Source of the DNA: an uncultured Candidatus Rokubacteria bacterium
Lineage (GTDB): Bacteria > Methylomirabilota > Methylomirabilia > Rokubacteriales > CSP1-6
Length of the DNA stretch: 64,000 nucleotides
Assembly: GCA_963771355.1 (NCBI GenBank)
Contig: CAVYTA010000006.1
Location: forward strand, 544,001 to 608,000
Direction: 5' to 3'
The position numbers and the translations under genes are program-made. Positions within the stretch are counted from its first letter, which is position 1. Every line of letters starts with the position of its first letter. Below, in pieces: positions 59,488 to 64,000 of the stretch. The notes beneath the pieces are model-generated. The model was not told the DNA's origin, did not search any database, and was given only the letters and a program-made list of their open reading frames with translations.

Positions 59488-61067
59488 ATGGCAACCAGGC
59501 CCGGCCCTTCGCTCACCCGTCGGCGTTTCCTCGGCGCGTCCGCCGCCGCGGCGGGCTCGCTCGCGTTGCCCTCTCCGCTCGCCCGCGGGCCGTTCGCCCA
59601 GCCCGCGGCGGGCTCGCGCCCCGGCGTGCCCTACGGAGTCCAGAGCGGCGAGGTGGGCCCGCACCAGGGCGTCGTGTGGAGCGCCACCGACCGGCCCGCG
59701 CGGATGCTCGTGGAGTACGCGACCACCGACGCGTTCACCGACGTTCGCCGTGTGACAGGATCGGCGGCGCTACCGGAGACCGGTTATGCCGCCAAGGTGG
59801 CGCTGGTCGACCTGCCCGCCGGCCAGCCGATCTTCTATCGCGTGACCTTTCAGGACCTGGGGAATCTCCGGGCCCTCAGCGCGCCGGTAACGGGGCGCTT
59901 CAAGACGGCGCCGGCCGACTACCGCGACGTGAGCTTCGTGTGGTCGGGCGACACCGCCGGGCAGGGGTGGGGGATCAACGCCGAGTGGGGAGGGATGAAG
60001 CTCTACGAGGTCATGCGCCGCACCGAGCCCGACTTCTTCGTGCACAGCGGGGACATGATCTACGCGGATGGTCCCATCGCCGCCGAAGTGCGCCCCCGTC
60101 GGGCATGGTGTGGAAGAACCAGGTGACCGAGGCGAAGGCCAAGGTGGCCGAGACCCTCGAGGAGTTCCGGGGCAACTACAAGTATAACCTCCTCGACGCG
60201 CACGTCCGGCGCTTCAACGGGGAGGTCGCCCAGTACGTCCAGTGGGATGACCACGACGTGACGGACAACTGGTTCACGGAGCGGATTCTCGAGGACGCCC
60301 GCTACACCGTCAAGAGCTGCGCGCTCCTGGCCGCGCGTGCCAAGCGGGCCATGTTCGAGTTCACCCCGCTGGTGGGCCACCCGATCGACTCGGAGCGCGT
60401 CTACCGGGCGGTGCGGCGCGGACCCCTGCTGGATGTCTTCATGCTCGACATGCGCTCGTACCGCGGCGCCAACGGCGAGAACCGGCAAGCGACCCTCGAC
60501 GACGACGCCCGCATCCTGGGCCACGCGCAAGCGGCGTGGCTCAAGCGTGAGCTCCTTGCCTCGCGGGCGACGTGGAAGGTGATCGCCGCCGACATGCCCC
60601 TGGGGCTCGTCGTGCGCCATGATGCCGCGCGCGGCTGGGGGTCGGAAGCGGTGGCCCAGGGAGACGGGCCGCCTCTCGGCCGCGAGCTCGAGATCGCGGA
60701 CCTCCTGCGCTTCATCAAGCTGAACGGGATCCGGAACGTGATCTGGATCACTGCCGACGTCCACTACTGCGCCACTCACCTCTACGATCCGGCGCGCGCG
60801 CAGTTCCAGGACTTCGCGCCCTTCTACGAGTTCGTCTCGGGGCCGCTCCACGCCGGCGGCTTCGGGCCCAACGCACTCGACAATACCTTCGGCCCCCAGG
60901 TCGTCTTCACCCGGAATCCAGGAGGGCGCACGAACACGCCGCCCACCGAGGGGGGGCTCTACTTCGGCCATGTCCGCATCGATGGCCGCACGCGCGCGAT
61001 GACGGTGACCCATCGAGACCTCACCGGCGCGGTGCTGCACCGGCTGGAGCTGCCCGCGGAGGGGTAG
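59488..61067 (+). CDS. phoD: Alkaline phosphatase D (Tat-exported), frameshift in C5 run at 60093-60097
   Basis: TRRRFLG, YGVQSG, HSGDMIYADG then WDDHD, LDMRSYR, TADVHY in the next frame. Confidence 0.88.
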
Positions 61068-61103
61068 GCCCGTCCGTCAGCGACCGGGGCGGCGGCTGGC
61101 CAC

Positions 61104-61142
61104 TTGACTTACCTTCCATAGTTTGATACATATCAAACTATG
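61104..61142 (+). promoter_or_regulatory. ars promoter/operator
   Basis: TTGACT -35 and a perfect 12-2-12 inverted repeat CATAGTTTGATA-CA-TATCAAACTATG covering the arsR ATG. Confidence 0.8.
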
Positions 61143-61448
61143 AAACAGCGAGCTCCGCTCTCCCTCAACCAGCTGGACGCCAGCGAGGGGCACGTCGAGG
61201 CCTTCAAGGCCCTGGCCCATCTCACGCGCCTGCAGGTGTTCTTCTTCCTGGTCCGCGCCGGCCAGGAAGTCCCGGTGGGTGAGATCCAGGAGGCGGTGGA
61301 GATCTCGGCGCCCACGCTATCCCATCACCTGGCCGCGCTCCGGCGGGCCGGGCTCGTCCAGAGCCGCAAGGAAGAGCGGTACATCTATTACTCTGTCCGG
61401 CGGGACACCGCGACCGCCCTGGTCCGGCTGCTCACCGCCTGCTGCTGA
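61140..61448 (+). CDS. arsR: ArsR/SmtB repressor with C-terminal CC
   Basis: FKALAHLTRL, APTLSHHL; the only cysteines are the terminal pair. Confidence 0.9.
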   Translation: MKQRAPLSLNQLDASEGHVEAFKALAHLTRLQVFFFLVRAGQEVPVGEIQEAVEISAPTLSHHLAALRRAGLVQSRKEERYIYYSVRRDTATALVRLLTACC

Positions 61449-61458
61449 GGAGAAATCC

Positions 61459-61911
61459 ATGAGCGCTAAGGTCCACATCCACATGCACGTCTCCGACCTC
61501 GACAAGAGCCGCGCCTTCTATCGCGCCTTCTTCGGCGCCGAGCCGGTGAAAGAGAAGCCCGGCTACGCCAAGTTCCTGCCCGAATGGGGACCGGTCAACC
61601 TGGCGCTCTCTCAGGGCGGGGGACCCGGCACGGGGCCGGTGAATCATCTGGGCGTTCAGCTGGAAACCACCGCCGAGGTGATGAGCCAGCTCGATCGGAT
61701 CAAGGCGGCGGGGCTCCCGGTGCGTGAGGAGATGGCCGTGGACTGCTGCCACGCCAACCAGGACAAGTTCTGGGTGGTGGATCCCGATGGCGCGGAGTGG
61801 GAAGTCTATCACCTCAACTACGACCTCGAAGACGAGCTCCCGACGACGACCCAGCCCGTGAGCCTCGGCCTGCCGATGGCGAAGTCGGCGGGCGGCTGCT
61901 GCTCCCGATAA
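61459..61911 (+). CDS. arsI: ArsI/CadI-family VOC metalloenzyme (putative C-As lyase)
   Basis: HIHMHVSDL, GYAKF, NHLG, DCCHANQDKFWVVDPDGAEWE. Confidence 0.82.
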   Translation: MSAKVHIHMHVSDLDKSRAFYRAFFGAEPVKEKPGYAKFLPEWGPVNLALSQGGGPGTGPVNHLGVQLETTAEVMSQLDRIKAAGLPVREEMAVDCCHANQDKFWVVDPDGAEWEVYHLNYDLEDELPTTTQPVSLGLPMAKSAGGCCSR

Positions 61912-61924
61912 GAGGAGACCCATC

Positions 61925-62746
61925 ATGGCCGGCGATGACATCAAGGAAATCGTGAAGGAGAAGTACGGTCAGGCCGCGCTCCGCGTGGTGTCGGAGGGGA
62001 GCGCGTCCTGCTGCGGCACGGCGTCGTCGCGCGGGGGCGCTGACCCGATCACGTCGAATCTCTACGCGGAGACTCAGACCTGCGGGCTTCCCGAGGCGGC
62101 GGTGGCGGCGTCGCTCGGCTGCGGCAACCCGACCGCGCTCGCCCAGCTCCAGGCCGGGGAGACGGTGCTGGATCTCGGCTCCGGGGGCGGCATCGACGTG
62201 CTGCTGTCGGCCCAGCGCGTCGGCCCCACCGGCAAAGCCTATGGGCTCGACATGACCGACGAGATGCTCGCGCTGGCCCGCGAAAACCAGAAGAAGTCGG
62301 GCCTGGCTAATGTCGAGTTCCTCAAGGGTGAAATCGAGCAGATCCCGCTGCCTGATGATTCGGTCGACGTGATCATCTCGAACTGCGTGATCAACCTGTC
62401 GGCGGACAAGGATCGTGTGCTCGCGGAGGCCTTCCGTGTCCTCCGGCCGGGCGGGCGCTTCGCGGTATCGGACGTGGTCGTGCGCGGGGAGGTCCCCGCC
62501 GGCATCCGCCGCAGCGTCGAACTGTGGATCGGTTGCGTGGCGGGCGCCCTCGAGGACAGTGAGTACCGGGGCAAGCTCGCCAAGGTTGGCTTCGAAGCTA
62601 TCGAGGTCGAGCCGACGAGAGTCTATCGTGTCGAGGACGCGCGCGAGCTTCTCGCCGGCGCCGGGTTCGATGTCGAAGCCATCGCGCCGCAGGTCGACGG
62701 CAAGTTCATGAGCGCGTTCGTCCGGGCCCGCAAACCGATGCGCTGA
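61925..62746 (+). CDS. arsM: Arsenite S-adenosylmethionine methyltransferase
   Basis: SLGCGNP, LDLGSGGGID, IISNCVINL, WIGCVAGAL. Confidence 0.92.
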   Translation: MAGDDIKEIVKEKYGQAALRVVSEGSASCCGTASSRGGADPITSNLYAETQTCGLPEAAVAASLGCGNPTALAQLQAGETVLDLGSGGGIDVLLSAQRVGPTGKAYGLDMTDEMLALARENQKKSGLANVEFLKGEIEQIPLPDDSVDVIISNCVINLSADKDRVLAEAFRVLRPGGRFAVSDVVVRGEVPAGIRRSVELWIGCVAGALEDSEYRGKLAKVGFEAIEVEPTRVYRVEDARELLAGAGFDVEAIAPQVDGKFMSAFVRARKPMR

Positions 62747-62764
62747 GCCCGGCGCCGAGTCCGC

Positions 62765-62804
62765 TTTACTCAGGATTTACCCGGCCGTCATCAAGCCGTA
62801 ACCC
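62765..62804 (+). promoter_or_regulatory. PHO-box-like 11-bp periodic repeats
   Basis: TTTACTC, TTTACCC, GTCATCA, GTAACCC at 62765/62776/62787/62798. Confidence 0.5.
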
Positions 62805-62843
62805 GGGGCAGTCACTCTCCGGTACGTGAGAGCCGCCGGAGAG

Positions 62844-63608
62844 ATGACGCCCCCCGCGCAGCGACGCCGCCCCGCCGGAGAGCCCGCCAGCCCTCCGGGC
62901 CGGGAGCGGCTCGGCCGGGTCCTCGTGGTCGAGGACGAGCCGGATGTCGCCGAGCTGATCCGCTTCAACCTCCACAAGGAAGGGTACGAGGTCACCGTCC
63001 TGGGCAACGGCGCGGATGCCATCCGCCACGCCCGGGACGGTAAGCCCGACGTGATCCTGCTCGACATCATGGTGCCCCAGCTCAATGGCTGGGAGATCTG
63101 CCGCCGGATCAAGCAGGATCCCGAGACCCGACGCATCCCCGTGATCATGGTGACCGGCCGCGTGGACGAGGGCGACAAGGTGCTCGGCTTCGAGCTGGGC
63201 GCCGACGACTACGTCACCAAGCCCTTTTCACCCCGTGAGCTCGTCGCGCGCGTCCGGGCCGTCACGCGACGAGGGCGCGCCGCCGATGGCGCGGACCGGA
63301 AGCGCCAGCTCAAAGCGGGCGATCTCGAGATTGATCGCGATCGTTTCGAGGTGCGGATGAAGGGCCGCGCGGTCGAGCTCACTCCCAAGGAGTTCGAGCT
63401 CCTCGCGACCCTCGCGGGCGCTCCCGGCCGGGTGTTCGGGCGGGAAGAGCTGCTGGATCAGGTCTGGGGGCGCGATGGATTCGTGGAGCCCCGCACCGTG
63501 GACGTCCATGTGGCCCGTCTGCGCGGCAAGTTCCTGGCCGCCAAGGTGTCCGAGCCCGGGGTGGAGACGGTCCGGGGAGTCGGCTACCGCTACCGGGACC
63601 AGCGTTAA
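62844..63608 (+). CDS. Second PhoB-family response regulator
   Basis: VVEDE, LLDIMVP, GADDYVTKPFSPRELVAR, RTVDVHVARLR, ETVRGVGY. Confidence 0.88.
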   Translation: MTPPAQRRRPAGEPASPPGRERLGRVLVVEDEPDVAELIRFNLHKEGYEVTVLGNGADAIRHARDGKPDVILLDIMVPQLNGWEICRRIKQDPETRRIPVIMVTGRVDEGDKVLGFELGADDYVTKPFSPRELVARVRAVTRRGRAADGADRKRQLKAGDLEIDRDRFEVRMKGRAVELTPKEFELLATLAGAPGRVFGREELLDQVWGRDGFVEPRTVDVHVARLRGKFLAAKVSEPGVETVRGVGYRYRDQR

Positions 63609-63644
63609 CACAAACGTAACATTGCGGTTATGTGCCTGAAACAC
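63605..63644 (+). promoter_or_regulatory. PHO-box-like 11-bp periodic repeats upstream of pstS
   Basis: TTAACAC, GTAACAT, (GTTATGT), GAAACAC at 63605/63616/63627/63638. Confidence 0.55.
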
Positions 63645-63683
63645 ACGCGCGGCACCCTGCGACTAACCGACAAGGAGAAGAAA

Positions 63684-64000
63684 ATGAGAAAGCGAAGCAT
63701 CCTGCCAACTGCGCTGATGATTGCGCTGACGGCGGTCGGCCTGGTGGCCGGCTACGCGGTGGCCAGCGGGCCGCCCAAGCTGGATCCGGCGCTCCCCGGC
63801 TACAAGGCGGTGAGCGGGGTCAGCGGCAATGTCTCGAGCATCGGCTCGGACTCGCTCAACAACCTGATGACCCTCTGGGCCGAGAGCTTCGGCAAGTTCT
63901 ATCCAAACGCCAAGATCCAGATCGAAGGCAAGGGCTCGTCCACGGCGCCCCCCGCGTTGATCTCGGGCACGGCGCAGCTCGGACCGATGTCGCGCGAGAT
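63684..64000 (+). CDS. pstS: Phosphate ABC substrate-binding protein, 3'-truncated by window edge
   Basis: AAGGAG SD; my translation gives MRKRSILP...[18 protein letters not shown]...[12 protein letters not shown]...GPMSR. Confidence 0.9.
   Translation, partial: MRKRSILPTALMIALTAVGLVAGYAVASGPPKLDPALPGYKAVSGVSGNVSSIGSDSLNNLMTLWAESFGKFYPNAKIQIEGKGSSTAPPALISGTAQLGPMSRE

Noticed and set aside
60085..60110. Programmed frameshifting or phase variation in phoD, and at 19108-19112
   Set aside because: The runs are only five C, no slippery heptamer with a stimulatory structure is evident, and similar indels elsewhere point to sequencing error.
61068..62800. ars genes as a mobile element
   Set aside because: No transposase, integrase, terminal inverted repeats or target duplication were seen.

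Overview
High-GC (roughly 70% by eye) diderm bacterial chromosome segment. Tat-exported family-5 binding proteins, many luciferase-like enzymes, F420 genes and sigma-54 regulation fit a soil lineage such as Ca. Rokubacteria (Methylomirabilota); this assignment is an inference. In order the window holds: (1) a catabolic/ABC operon with three tandem binding-protein paralogues, separated in part by a ~70-bp structured intergenic repeat; (2) a Rieske oxygenase, a thiolase/DUF35/SDR trio, an acyl-CoA ligase and a GGDEF + HD-GYP pair; (3) tusA with an IscS homologue lacking the PLP lysine; (4) an F420 biosynthesis and use cluster (cofG/H/D/C/E, fno, PPOX, LLM); (5) a ~21-kb nitrogen-scavenging region (NtrC-type activator, glnK-amtB-glnA, porin, pseudo-receiver ANTAR protein, urtABCDE, ureABCEFGD, atzG/E/H-like genes, stand-alone NtrC/Fis DNA-binding domain), in which five sigma-54 promoters each carry a pair of 17-bp enhancer-like boxes; (6) a pho region (phoB/phoR, phoD, second phoB, pstS) interrupted by arsR-arsI-arsM. 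Several genes carry 1-bp frameshifts that look like long-read assembly errors. I recognised no rRNA, tRNA, CRISPR array or transposase.
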